From Octopus vulgaris (lineage: Eukaryota): DNA of 64,000 nt. The notes under the pieces are model-generated. The model was not told the DNA's origin and searched no databases. It saw only the letters and a program-made list of their open reading frames with translations. The stretch covers positions 32,612,001-32,676,000 of the forward strand of contig OX597840.1 in assembly GCA_951406725.2 (NCBI GenBank), read 5' to 3'. The position numbers were made by a program, and so were the translations under genes. Below are positions 23,925 to 36,932 of the stretch, one piece after another; within the stretch, counting starts at the first letter, position 1; each line of letters begins with the position of its first letter.

Positions 23925-24482
23925 GTAAGACATGCATCGTTTTTATATTTATTCCCTCATTCATTCATTCTTTCATTCATTTATTTTTTTATTTGCCAAT
24001 TCTTGGGAGATTCCAAAGTCTTGAAGATTTTGTTGCATTGCATTTCAACCTCGGGGAATTTAGTCAAAAGGTTTTGGTAAATTTACAAATAACTGAATGA
24101 CAGAAAAATTCTTTGGTCCAATACCAATTGAAGTGCTTATCACAAGGCTCCCAGGCTTGTTCATCATCATTGTTTAACGTAGGTATAAATCAAATACTTT
24201 TACTTCCGACACATGTTTCGAAGATTTCACTGATATTATTCAAAAGAATAATATCAGTGAAATCTTTGAAACATGTGTCGAAAGTAAAAGTATTTGATTT
24301 ATACCTGCGTTAAACTCCATTTATTTATTTATATATTATACAAAAAATTCCACATAAACCCGAAGTTTCTACCTTTAAAAACAAGGAGTTACAACATTTT
24401 TACTTGTGTGATTTTTTACTACCCTGGTAACTATTTATCTATTTTTTCCATGTTGTTGACAAGGGAAAAATACACACATCTA

Positions 24483-24528
<46 letters not shown>

Positions 24529-24656
24529 TATATTAAATTAGAGATAAAACCACTATTAGGCAAATCATACAATGAAAAACTTAAGCCAATACATAAGATT
24601 AATTAATTTATATTATTTAAATATATATCAAAATTATTAAAAAAGATAATTAATAT

Positions 24657-24698
24657 AACACTACGATCGTTTCATGGCTGTTCATTCTTCAGGTGGTT
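24657..24698 (-). ncRNA. Minimal type I hammerhead ribozyme motif, core intact
   Basis: Reverse complement reads AACCAC-CTGAAGA-ATG-AACAGC-CAT-GAAA-CGATCG-TA^GTGTT; lies in the loop of inverted repeat 24522-24845. Confidence 0.78.
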
Positions 24699-24913
24699 TA
24701 CATATTTAACTTGGCGAGGTTTAATAATTTTGATATATATTTAAAATTATATAAATTAAATAATCATATGTATTGGCTTAAGTTTTTCATTGTATGATTT
24801 GCCTAATAGTGGTTTTATCTCTAATTTAATATAATATAATATTTTACTATAAAATTGGATTCAATCCTAAATCTGATTTTTCCCTGTAAGTTTGGATTTA
24901 TTCCCTAATATTT

Positions 24914-24950
<37 letters not shown>

Positions 24951-25008
24951 CATATATACATACACCTATATTTAACCTGGATATCTGTCTGTTTCATCCA
25001 ATTTTCAG

Positions 25009-25104
25009 TGCTGCCTTCAATGTACAGAAGTTTATTGCTCCAGCTGTTTTGCCAGCTATCACAAAAAGGGAGCACTTCGAAAACACAGATCCATCTCTTT
25101 GGAC
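25009..25104 (+). CDS. ZBBX: ZBBX coding exon 6, B-box (CCLQCTEVYCSSCFASYHKKGALRKHRSISLD)
   Basis: tttcag| ... |gtaagt; strong match to ZBBX [26 protein letters not shown]. Confidence 0.93.
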
Positions 25105-25834
25105 GTAAGTTCTTTTAATGCATTCGTTTTTGATTAATAACTGGGTCAGGGGTGGGGCCAGGGCAATGTCCTGTAATCTTCCATCTCTTTCATAGACACA
25201 CATGGAGGCTGTCAGCTCATAGATGAGTATGACCATCGCTGACAAATTACACTTTTTAACATGGTTTTTGTCTTTGGGTAGAAGCTGTTATTTCCTTTTT
25301 GCTTCCCTCTTGAAAGTATGGAAAATGGCTAAGATTTCCTTCAAACCGTGCTTTTGGGATGATATTTATTCATGTCCCCCAAAGAATCCCTCTTAACACA
25401 TGGCTATGATACTTCCCCACTACTCCTGTTCGTCATCAGAGATGCACATATTGTCAGCCACTAAGGGACATACTCAACTGGTTAAGGTCAAGCAATAGCC
25501 AAGCAAATCTGTGGTATTGTGCAGAATATTTGCAAAAAACGATATTTCTGCTTCAGCAACTCAACGTTGAATCTGTGTGAAATGTAATGGAAAATAGGTC
25601 AGTTTGCAAATATTGGTGTCCAAGTGACAAAAGTAAAGTGTGAAGGGAATGGCAGTCATTTCCTTTGATTTCTAAACAGAAGCAAATAGGAAAACACTTA
25701 CTGGCCAAAGACAACAAACAAATCTGTGGTGTTGAGCTGAATATTTGCTGAAACGTATTGTCAACCACTAAGGGACATGCTCAAGAGGTTAAGGTCAAGC
25801 AACTGACAAGCAAATCTGTGGTATTGAGCAGAAT

Positions 25835-26553
25835 CATCATCATCATCATCATCATTTAGGGTCCGTTTTCCATGCTAGCATGGGTTGGACGGTTTAACTG
25901 GGGTCTGTGAAGCCGGAAGGCTTCATCAGGCCCAGTCAGATTTGGCAGTGTTTCTACGGCTGGATGCCCTTCCTAACGCCAACCACTCCGCGAGTGTAGT
26001 GGGTGTTTTTTACGTGCCACCTGCACAGGTGCCAGGCAGAGCTGGCACAACGGCCACGAACGGATGGTGCTTTTACGTGTCACCAGCACGGGGCCAGGCG
26101 GTGCTGGCAACGGACACGAACGGATGGTGCTTTTACGTGCCACCGACACGGGGCCAGACAGAGCTGGCAAATGGCCATGAGCGAATGGTGCTTTTACGTA
26201 TCACCGACATGGGTGCCAGACGAGGCTGGCAGCGGACACGGATATATGATTTGATTTTGATTGTTCTCACTGGTCTTTCCGGGTCTTCTCACGCACAGCA
26301 TACTTCCACAGGTCTCGGTCTCTGGTCATTTCCTTGGTGAGACCTAGAGTTCGAAGGTCGTGCTTCACCACCTCGACCCAGGTTTTCCTGGGTCTACCTC
26401 TTCGACAGGTCCCCTCAACTGCCAGGGTGTGGCACTTTTTCACACACCTATCTTTGTCCATTCTCGCCACATGACCATACCAGCGCAATCGTCTCTCTTG
26501 CACACAACATCTGATGCCTCTTAGGTCCAACTTTTCTCTCAAGGTACTTACAA
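25835..26553 (-). mobile_element. RTE-clade LINE 3' end with (GAT)n tail
   Basis: ERRLRWYGHVARMDKDR...RRGRPRKTW...DRDLWK. The same 3' UTR recurs at ~1-162, 8410-8757, 10985-11220, 18985-19800, 20248-20750, 42850-43335, 45098-45290, 62204-62570. Confidence 0.85.
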
Positions 26554-27046
26554 GAATATTTGCAAAAAACAATATTTCTGCTTCAACAACTCAGAGCTGA
26601 ATCCGTTTGAAATGTAATGGAAAATAGGTCAGTTTGCAAACATTGGTGTCAAAGTGACAAAAAAAAATGTGAAGGGAATGGTAGTGATTTCCTTTGATTT
26701 CTAGACAGAGGAAAATAGAAAATAACACTAACTGACCGAAAACAACAAACAAATCTGTGGCATTGAGCAGAATTTTTGCTATAACGTATTGTCAGCCACT
26801 AAGGGACATGCTCAACTGGTTAAGGTCAAGCAACTGACAAACAAATCTGTGGTATTGAGCAGAATATTTGCTGTAGCCCATCTTTAACACAGGTCATGCT
26901 CATTGCTCCTGTGCATCTTCCACATACAAGTATTACTTTCTCCATTAGCATTCCTGTGACTCGCTCAGTAGAGGGAACAGCCACTGGATGGCTGTTCTCT
27001 CTACTGAAGTCACCTGTCTTTTGAAAGATTTTGTTTTTTTGTCCAG

Positions 27047-27300
27047 CAGTGTGTTCAATGAAAAACTACCCTGATTATCAAAAAGGTATCAAATGTTCCC
27101 AGACTAGTTATGTTTGATGTTTTACCATTGTCTCCTTCGAAATAGTCACCTTGCACAGCAAAGCACCGGTTCCAGCATTCCTGCCATTTTTGGAATCTGG
27201 CCTGGGAGTCATTTTCTGTAAGCAAGTCAAGGACCTTCTGTGATTTGCTCTGGATTTTGACAGCATTATTAAAGCGGTGAACTTTGAGCTGCATTTACAT
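27047..27300 (-). mobile_element. Mariner transposase C-terminal remnant
   Basis: FQKWQECWNRCFAVQGDYFEGD is a typical mariner C-terminus. Confidence 0.75.
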
Positions 27301-27785
27301 CTTGGAGGAAGAGATAGAAGTCTGCAGGGTACACACACACACACACTGATACATCTATATATATAAAGTTGAAGTTGTCTGTGTGTGTATGGCAGGTTCG
27401 GTAGCCTTCAACTAACACTATCTCCTCCGAGACCCTGCGGCGCAAGTTGACCAAAATTGAGAGTATGATAGAAGAAGGCTTGCTCTTCATTTCGTAGAAG
27501 AAAAAATTCAAATCAGACCATGTTAACACCCAAAATTTATTTACATCAAAAAGATGCTTTTTTTTTCTATGAAAATCCCCATTTTTTACGATTTTTTGAC
27601 TGCTGTGTTGCCATTTTTCGGTGTATTTCAACCAGAAAAATGTTCACCCAAAGAGAATAACAAGCTACATAATGCAGAATTTTTACTTTTCAAAAATTCC
27701 AATTCTAAAGGGTCGAAACAAACCCGAGCAATGCCAGGCAATACTGCTAGTATATATATATATATATTTGTTTCTTGTTTTCCAG

Positions 27786-27814
27786 ATTTCCAATGTGACC
27801 CGTCCCAAGTCAAG
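27786..27814 (+). CDS. ZBBX: ZBBX coding exon 7 (29-nt microexon, ISNVTRPKS)
   Basis: ttttccag| ... AG|gtaagg; phase 0 to 2 is required by the next exon. Confidence 0.72.
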
Positions 27815-27852
27815 GTAAGGATCCATTTCCATGTTGTACAATGTTGGCCACT

Positions 27853-27885
<33 letters not shown>

Positions 27886-28728
27886 ATACTACTACTACTA
27901 CTATTACTACTACTACTACTTTAACTACTACTACTTTAACTACTACTGCTACTACCACCACCACTACTACTACTGCTACTACTACTACTACTACTGCGTT
28001 GTTGCTTTTATTCTTGTTGTATTATTGTCGTTATTGTTGCTGTTGTTGCTATTGTCGTTGTTATTGTGAAAGTCCATGGCTTAGTGGTTAGGGTGTTTGG
28101 CTCACAATCAAAAGACCGTGAGTTCAGTTCTTGGTGGTGCATTGGGTTCCTGAGCGAGACATTTTCCTTCTTTCTTGTTACTCCAGTTAATTCAGCTGGT
28201 GAAAGATGAGTTGTGCCCCTATAAACAAATTGGGGGCCAGCCTTGTCACGTTCTGTGTCAGGGTGAATCTCCCTGGGGGTACAGGAGAGAGAGAGAGACA
28301 CACACAGAAGCAGAGACACACACACACACAAACAGACAGAAGCAGTGAGAGAGCCAGAGAGAGAGAGGATGATGTATATATATATAGAGAGAGAGAGATG
28401 CAGAGAAAGAGAGAGAGGCAAGGAAAAAGAGAGAGAAGCAGTGATAGATGCAAAGACAGAAAGAGGCAGAGACAGAAAGAAGCAGAGAGAGAGAGAGATA
28501 GATAAAGAGAGAGAGACAGATAGAGAGAGTGAAAGAGCCAGACAGACAGAAGCAGAGAAGGACAGAGAGAGGCAGAGAGAAAGAGAGGGACTCAAACAGA
28601 GGCGAAGAAAGAGGGAAAGACACAAAGTGTGCAATACAGAGGAAGAGAGTAAGGAGGAAAGAGAGAGTGTGGGAGGGAGAGAGAGAGGGAGAGAGAGAAT
28701 CTAATTCTGTTGTGTTTCTTGTTGCCAG

Positions 28729-28771
28729 GTACCTGGACAGGGAAAGAACTTTACATTCAGCAAGAACACAG
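28729..28771 (+). CDS. ZBBX: ZBBX coding exon 8 (RYLDRERTLHSARTQ)
   Basis: ttgccag| ... CAG|gtaagt; phase 2 to 0. Confidence 0.75.
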
Positions 28772-28854
28772 GTAAGTGTGGGGTGTGGGTGGGTGGGGTT
28801 GAGGGAAGGTTTAAGGGGTCAGATTGAGATTGAGTGAAGTGCAAGGGAAGGGGG

Positions 28855-29640
28855 GTTGATGGTGATGGTTGTGGTGATGAGGAGGAGGAGGGCTACGATG
28901 AGAAGGGTGGTGGTAATGATGATGATGATGATGGTGGTAGTGAAGGTGATGGTGGTGGTGGTGGTGGTAGTGGTAGTGGTAGTAATGACTGTGATGGTTA
29001 TGGTGTTGTTGTTGTTGGTGGTGGTGGTGGTAGTGGTAGTGGTAGTGGTGGTGGTGGTAGTGGTTGTGATGGTGGTGGTGGTGGTGGTAGTGGTGGTGGT
29101 GGTAGTGGTTGTGATGGTGGTGGTGGTGGTGGTGGTAGTGGTTGTGGTAGTGGTTGTGATGGTGGTTGTGGTGGTGGTGGTGGTAGTGGTGGTGGTTGTG
29201 GTTGTGGTAGTGGTTGTGATGGTGGTTGTGGTGGTGGTGGTGGTAGTGGTGGTGGTAGTGGTTGTGGTAGTGGTTGTGATGGTGGTTGTGGTGGTGGTGG
29301 TGGTAGTGGTGGTGGTGGTAGTGGTTGTGGTAGTGGTTGTGATGGTGGTTGTGGTGGTGGTGGTGGTAGTGGTGGTGGTTGTGGTGGTGGTGGTGGTAGT
29401 GGTGGTGGTGGTGATAGTGGTAGTGGTAATAGTGGTGGTGGTGGTGATGATTATAATGATGACCATGAATACGATGGTGTGGATGATGCTGATGCTGATG
29501 ATAACAGTGATGACAGCGATAATGAGGGACAGAAGGAGAAGTGTTGTAGCGAGGGGAGATGATGGTGATAAAAGATAACGATGCTAATGGTGGTGGTGGT
29601 GGTGGTGGTAACGGTAGTGGCGGCAGTGATGGTGGTGAAA
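28855..29640. repeat. (GGT/GAT/AGT)n compound microsatellite
   Basis: Seen directly; 60-bp higher-order period at 29140-29340. Confidence 0.95.
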
Positions 29641-29805
29641 ACAACGTTGAGGTGGGGTGGGGGGGTCAATGGATGATAAGACCGATTGTGGTGATGGTAA
29701 CCACTGATGAGGAATGTGGTCAGTGCTGAATGGTAGAAGCGATGGTGAGGGGCGAGGCCGGATGAATTTAACTAACATTGGCATTGTCTCTTTGGCACAT
29801 ACCAG

Positions 29806-30136
29806 CAGGAACAACAGCAGCAGCAACAACAACATCAGAAACAGTTACTGCAGTTGCAGCAACAGCGGCAGCAGCAGCAGCAACAACGACACCAACAGCA
29901 GCAGCAGCAGCAGCAGGAGAAGTCCGTAATTCCGGTAACTTCCAGCAACGCCAGCGGAACTACGGAAAACGAAACGTCGCTTCTCAACGGAGAATTCCAC
30001 GAAGAGGAAAGCGCGGCATCGTTCCAGCAGGCGCTGCAACGCTGGCGGTCAGCCGGTCAGTCCGGCAAGAGAAGCAGCCCCTCTCTCACGTCCCCCGCCG
30101 AAAATGCTTCGGAGAAGCCATGCATGAAGAACGAAG
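29806..30136 (+). CDS. ZBBX: ZBBX coding exon 9 (poly-Q + SLLNGEFHEEESAASFQQALQRWR)
   Basis: Branch-like ACTAAC at 29771; accag|CAG (NAGNAG, alternative start 29809); donor G|gtgagt. Matches the ZBBX motif [25 protein letters not shown]. Confidence 0.88.
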
Positions 30137-31882
30137 GTGAGTAAGGAATCGGTGACCCTTTATTAAATTTTTTTTTTGTGTTGGTTTTCTTTTTTGTTTT
30201 GTTTTTGTGAAGGTTTGACGGTTGCAGTAGAAGGCACTTGTCAAAGTTGCCATGCAGTGGGACTGAACCCAAAACCATGTTGTTGGTAAGCACGCTTCAT
30301 ACCACACAACCATGGATGTACCTAATCGCTTATTTTACATAATGTTTGATGAAAATGTCTGATGAAAATGTCTGATGAAAATGTTTGTTGAAAATGTCTG
30401 ATGAAAATGTTAGATGAAAATGTCTTTTACATAAGCAATTAGGTGCAGCCATGGTCGTGTGGTAAGATGCGTGCTTACCAACCACATGGTTCTGGGTTCA
30501 GTCCCACTGCGTGGCACCTTGGGCAAGTGTCTTCTACTACAGCCTAAGGTCAACCAAAGTTTTGTGAGTGGATTTGGTAGGCAGAAACTCAAACAAGCTC
30601 ATTGTATACTCTTTTACTCTCTTTTAATCTTTTACTTGTTTCAGTCATATGACTGCGGCCATGCTGGAGCACCGCCTTTAGTCGAGCAAATCGACCCCGG
30701 GACTTATTCTTTTTAAGCCTAGTACTTATCCTATCGGTCCCTTTTACCGAACCGCTAAGTGACGGGGACGTAAACACACCAGCATCGGTTGTCAAGCGAT
30801 GCTAGGGGGACAAACACAGACACACAAACATATATACACACATACATATATATGCATATATACGACGGGCTTCTTTCAGTTTCCATCTACCAAATCCACT
30901 CACAAGGCTTTGGTCGGCCCAAGGCTATAGTAGTAGACACTTGCCCAAGGGGCCACGCAGTGGGACTGAACCTGGAACTATGTGGTTCGTAAGCAAGCTA
31001 CTTACCACACAGCCACTCCTATGCCTATATATATATACACTCACACACACACACACACACACATGTATGTATGTATGTATGTATATATATATTTATGTGT
31101 GTGTGTGTGTCTCTGTGTATGTGCTTGTCACCCCACTACCGCTTGACAACCAGAGTTGGTGTGATTATGTCCCTGTAACTTAGCAGTACAGCAAAAGCGA
31201 CTGATAGAATAAGTACTAGGCTTAAAAGGCAAGAAAAGAAGTACTGGAGTCGATTCATTTGACTCAAAATTCAAGATAGGTGCCCCAGCATGGCCACAGT
31301 ATAATGACTGAAACGAGTAAGGTAATAAGCAATTATATAAAATGATGAATGATGCAGTTTTTACCTGTTGACAGGTGTGCAAATTGACTGCTGAAACAAC
31401 ACAAGCAAAAAAAGTATCTTGCTTACCAACCACATGGTTCCGGGTTCAGTCCCACTGCGTGGCACTTTGTGCAAGTGTCTTCTACTATAGCCTCGGGTTG
31501 ACCAAAGCCTTGTGAGTGGATTTGGTAAATGGAAACTGAAAGAAGCCCGTTGTATATATGTATATGTATATATATATTTAAGTGTCTGTGTTTGTCACCC
31601 TAGCATCGCTCGACAACCGATGCTGGTGTTTACGTCCCTGTAGCTTAGCAGTTCCGCAAAAGAGACCGATAGAATAAGTACTAGGGTTACAAAGAATAAG
31701 TCCTGGAGGTCGATTCATTTGGCTAAAAATTCAAGATAGGTGCCCCAGCATGGCCACAGCATAATGACTGAAGCGAGTAAGAGAATAAGCAATTACATAA
31801 AAAGACTAGCAGTAATACCTGTCGTTCATCGGATAATTACTTTTACTCTTTCTCAGGTGTCACATTCAAAGTATTATCTATA

Positions 31883-32398
31883 TACTAGCAGTATCGCCCG
31901 GCGTTGCTCGGGTTTGTAAGGGAAATGACTATATAAGCATTTTTAGAGAGTTACTTCCCTTATAGATGCCAATTCGGGCTTTCTTAGCCATTTCTGTTTT
32001 GGTGTCTTCAAGCCATGAGGTCGTTGTTCTAAAAGAACGCTGGTCTCCTTGACAACGCATTACGACGTTGATTTCCTTAAACTCCCTTCCCCACAGCTTC
32101 ACGAGGGAGGGAAGAAGGGGGAGAAGCAAACAGGTGCAGGTGTGACCATGGACGCCATCTCCGCCGCCATCGACACGTGAAAAATTATGCATTAAAATGG
32201 AATAAAAAATGATGCTAAATTATTTTTAAAATCGTAGACTCATCGTAGACGCGCGCTAATACTCAGACGGGCTCGATATGAATCACGACTATAAGATACC
32301 CGAATTTGGTTAAACTGCACCACAAAATGTGGGAGTAGTTAGGAATCTAAATCGAAGGGGACAGACACTCACACAACTACAGTTTTATATATATAGAT
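31883..32398 (+). mobile_element. Helentron/DINE-like non-autonomous element
   Basis: Starts TACTAGCAGTATCGCCCGGCGTTGCTCGGG (hairpin) and ends (GACA/CA)n-TTTTATATATATAGAT. A reverse-oriented relative is at 27353-27752; similar ends at ~32995, 16065-16190, 47468-47600. Confidence 0.6.
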
Positions 32399-33028
32399 AT
32401 AGTTGATTTCTTAACCGGGATTTCAGGGAGTCGCTGGCGATGTATCGTGATGATAAAAAATCCGGCCTGCTAAAATTTGGTTAAAGTGATTCAAACTGCA
32501 AACTCAACGCAAAATGGTCACATTTAATTCAAAGCGTTAAAAATGTTATGAAAGCAATTGGTATGTGTTCACAAAGTTCAAACGATTAATACGAAAAAAA
32601 AAACCCAGGCTACATCCTGAAAATTCATTTCTTTGCCGAATTTCTACAATGTTTACGGCGATTCATTTTTATATCTTGATTTTTTAAATTTTTCATGCAA
32701 TTTACGCATGTTTGCATGCGTGGTGAACACAGTTCACGTCAAAAAGCTGACTGAGTAAAGTTCACTATTCAATGCATGGGATAAGGCCTAAACAGACACA
32801 TTATCGATTTTTGCACTTGCGAGATGAATTTCGGAACAGAAAAAGTGCAGTTCAATTTTCATTCGCCTAAACTTTAAGTGACCCATTTTTTGTGGTTCTA
32901 CAATTTGTTGGCTATGAAGAGATGTGCCGGGAAGTTAAACACACAGACACACACACAGATACACACACAGACACACAAGTTGAGTTTTATATAAAAAGAT
33001 GAATGATGCAGTGTTTACCTGTTGACAG

Positions 33029-33559
33029 GTGTGCAAATTGACATGAAGAATAAGAATCAATACCAACAGCTAGTGTCACTGTGTACAACATCAAACACTA
33101 ATTTAACCTATGCCGAACGCATCATGCTCAAACAACACAGGCAAAAAACTCCTCAGCCAATCGGCGATGTCAAGTCTCCTTCCGAATATGACCCTCAAGT
33201 CGCAAATCAGCAACTTGACGACGGGAAGCAACCTCCGCAGTCTGTAGACAATGTTGATTCGAACGGTGAAAGGCAGGACATCGCTGATGAGACGGAGCAG
33301 GGTCAAACCCCGCAGCTGAGTGGTGGTGGTCAAAACTATGTCACTGCTGAAGACGCAAACATCGTTGAGAACGGGTCTGGTGACACCCAGCAACATCTAC
33401 AGTCGACAAAAGAGGATACTTCTACAGGTAAAGACCTATGTGCCACTGAGTCGCAGTCAAATGGAGAAGAAGAACAAGAAACAATTGCAGAGGATGAAGA
33501 ATCTAAGACGCAGCATAAACCAGAAGAGATGGAGAATGGTGGAAATTCTCTTGTATCAG
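33029..33559 (+). CDS. ZBBX: ZBBX coding exon 10 (NLTYAERIMLKQHRQK, then acidic region)
   Basis: ttgacag| ... G|gtaagc; matches the ZBBX motif SLSYMEKLWLKKHRR. Confidence 0.88.
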
Positions 33560-34133
33560 GTAAGCAATTGTTGCCTTATCTTTCGTTTTTGTATTCGGTT
33601 TACAAGTTACTTGTGAACCAGTGAGGTGAAACTTTCTTGTATTTTTGGGAGGGCCATTATGCCAATGTTAAACACACACACACTGGTTCTCTTTTACTTC
33701 GTTTAAATATTTGATTGTCGGTTGGTTAACCATTTAACTGATTAACTAATTGATTGTTTGGTTAATTGTTTTTGTCAACCAGTCGACTAGGTTTGCCAAA
33801 GCCCTTTCTTTGTCGTTCGGACCTCATCCTTATCAATGATGCGCTGTCTCTATTCCAGGTTTGGATGGCAATGAAAGGATTTTGACAAACCTAGCTGAGT
33901 GGTTGATTGACCAAGCAATTAATTAAACAATTGGATTAGTTGATTGATTTAATGGCTAACTAATTGACAAGTAGATACAAAGAAATGCAACAGAACCAGT
34001 ATCATCATTATCATCATTATCATCATTTATGCTGGCATCATCATTAACATCATCATCATCATCATCATCATCATCCTTTAATGTCCATTTTCCATGCTGG
34101 CATGGGTTGGACGGTTAGACCAGAGCTGACATA

Positions 34134-34196
<63 letters not shown>

Positions 34197-34237
34197 ATAT
34201 ATATTTGTACATGTGTGTATGTATATATATATATATA

Positions 34238-34285
<48 letters not shown>

Positions 34286-34344
34286 TATATATAAGTATAT
34301 GTATATATATACACACATATACATATATATATATATACATATAC

Positions 34345-34412
<68 letters not shown>

Positions 34413-34653
34413 CAAGATAAATCGATAGACAGATAGATAGATAGATTACTGGAATAACCAAGTAATTTAATTTTACAATTAAAAGATTAAAGGAATTCTT
34501 TTTAAAAATTCAGAATCTGACATGTTTAAGTATCTTCCTGATTTTGAGATTTTTTAAAATTTTATTTAATTATCTTAAAATTTTTAACTTTTGTTTTATC
34601 ATTTCGTATTTTCTTTTTTTTTTAATTTTCTTCCACTTTTCTGCTGACAAAAG

Positions 34654-34763
34654 GAGAAGAGAACCATGATGGTGATGTGGAATCAGTGTCTTTTACTTCT
34701 CTGTACAAAATGGTAACCCAAGCTGTACCATCTGCAAACCAGAACAATGACGATGTTGTTGAT
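34654..34763 (+). CDS. ZBBX: ZBBX coding exon 11 (EENHDGDVESVSFTSLYKMVTQ...)
   Basis: Pyrimidine tract + aag| ... |gtaagt; phase 1 to 0, open frame. Confidence 0.78.
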
Positions 34764-34783
34764 GTAAGTTTATGATTGAAGTA

Positions 34784-35295
34784 CCGTAAATCCTCGAGTA
34801 TAATCCGCATTTCCCCCCCAAAATTTAAAGGTCAAAATCCCTAGTGCGTACTATATACGAGGTTAAAAATGAAAAATATTTTCTAAGCAATGTCCGAGTC
34901 TCTATTTGCTGTCCGGCAATGTTTATTCAGACGCATTTTGTGATGTCGGGCACGAAAATACCTTAAGCTAAGCCTGAAAGCAATGAAGTCATAAAAGAAT
35001 CATCCATAACTTGCAGTAAGCAACATTTATTAAACGTTATTACTGTTATTTCTTTATTTTCTGCAAACAAAATGCACAAAAAAGCTACACGTTTGCATTA
35101 TGTTATATATACAATAATAATAAAGGACGTTACCGTATACATTTTTACAAACTAAGGACGTTATATAGACCTCCTTAACTCAAGTTAGAGAAGGGGTGCG
35201 TATTATACACAAGGTTTAGGTTTTTTAGAGGTACAGTCCCCTAAAAATCCCCTGCGTTTTATACTCAAGGGCGGACTATACTCGACGATTTACGG
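34784..35295. mobile_element. Tc1/mariner(pogo)-type MITE with TA TSD
   Basis: ta|CCGTAAATCCTCGAGTATAATCCGC...GCGGACTATACTCGACGATTTACGG|ta. Confidence 0.82.
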
Positions 35296-35592
35296 TATCC
35301 TGTAATGCTGTACTGATGTTATTTAGCCCCAGGGTGGCCCTGATTGAGCAGACCTATGATCAAAAACATTCCATCTGTGAACATGACACATTGGAGGAAA
35401 AAATGTTTAACCCAAGTCTTGTGTTAACCCCTTTAGCATTCAGACTCCTCGATCAAAAGTAACACCTATTTATTCACATTGTTTTGGATTAATCAGGGAT
35501 TATCTCATTGCTTCAGGGACGTAAACACACCAGCATCGGTTGCCAAGCGATGTTGGGGGGACAAACACAGACACACAAACATACACACACAC

Positions 35593-35633
<41 letters not shown>

Positions 35634-36886
35634 GGTGACAGGCTTCTTTCAGTTTCCGTCTACCAAATCCACTCACAAGGCTTTGGTCAGCCTGAGGCTA
35701 TAGTAGAAGACACTTGCCCAAGATGCCACGCAGTGGGACTGAACCCGGAACCATGTGGTTGGTAAGCAAGCTACTTACCACACAGCCACCCCTGCGCCTA
35801 TATATATATACGACGGGCTTCTTTCAGTTTCTGTCTACCAAATCCACTCACAAGGCTTTGGTTGGCCCGAGGCTACAGTAGAAGACACTTGCCCAAAGTG
35901 CCACACAGTGGGACTGAACTCGAACCATGTGGTTCGTAAGCAAGCTGCTGTGTGTCTGTCTGTGTTTGCCTCCCTAACGATGCTGCTGTGTTTACGTGCC
36001 CGTAACTTAGTGGTTCGGCAAAAGAGTCTGATAGAATAAGTAATAGGCTTACAAAGAATAAGTCCTGGGGTCGATTTGCTCACAGTGCTCCATCGTGGCC
36101 GCAATCAAATGACTGAAACAAGTAAAAGAGTACAAGAGTAAAGACCAGTACTAAAGTTTTAAGTCAAATGACTGAGACAAGTAAAAGAGAACCTGGGATT
36201 GCTTAGTTTTCTTCAGATCACCTCCATGGACAGACCTTGAGTAAAGTTGCACAGGCTGCTCACCAGCCGGAAACAGCAGGATGCAAATGCAGCTGCCGGT
36301 CTTCTATACCACAGAAACGTGCATCGGACAAATTTAAATCAAATCTGCCGTATAAGTGTCTGAGGGAATACAAAATATGTAGATGTGCTAATCTCTGTAT
36401 TCATTATAATTGTCTTATATACATACATGTGGAGGTGCGTGGCTTAGTGGTTAGGGTGTCAGCATCATGATTGTAAGATTGTGGTTTCGATTCCTGGGCC
36501 AAGCGACGTGTTGTGTTCTTGAGCAACACACTTCATTTCACGTTGCTCCAGTCCACTCAGCTGGCAAAAATGAGTAACGCTGCGATGGACTGGCGTCCCG
36601 TTCAGCTGGCGAACGCATACACCATAGAAACCAGGGAACCGGACCCATGAGCCTGGCTAAGCTTTTAAAGGGCACATTTATTTTAATATTATTTACATAC
36701 ATTCATACATACCTATATCATCATCATCATTATCATTTAATGTCTGCCTTCCATACTAGCAAGGATAGGATATATACATATATATTTATATTTGCATACA
36801 CACAACCACATATATGTATGTGTTTGTGTGTGTAGATATAAATATATATGTAGGTGCCTATGATAGATGTGTACACATATATATAC

Positions 36887-36932
<46 letters not shown>

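Noticed and set aside
27047-27085. Apparent exon (gtccag|...AAG|gtatc)
   Set aside because: In-frame TGA in the required phase, and it coincides with the end of a mariner remnant.
28811-29644. Gly/Cys-rich, poly-His, poly-Thr and poly-Val ORFs (also 45912-47024 and 53723-54139)
   Set aside because: Translations of (GGT)n/(CAC)n tracts that begin after splice donors; no independent gene signals.
30341-30425. Repeated CTGATGA and GAAA resembling hammerhead cores
   Set aside because: A simple 14-bp tandem repeat (AAATGTCTGATGAA) with no stems I-III.
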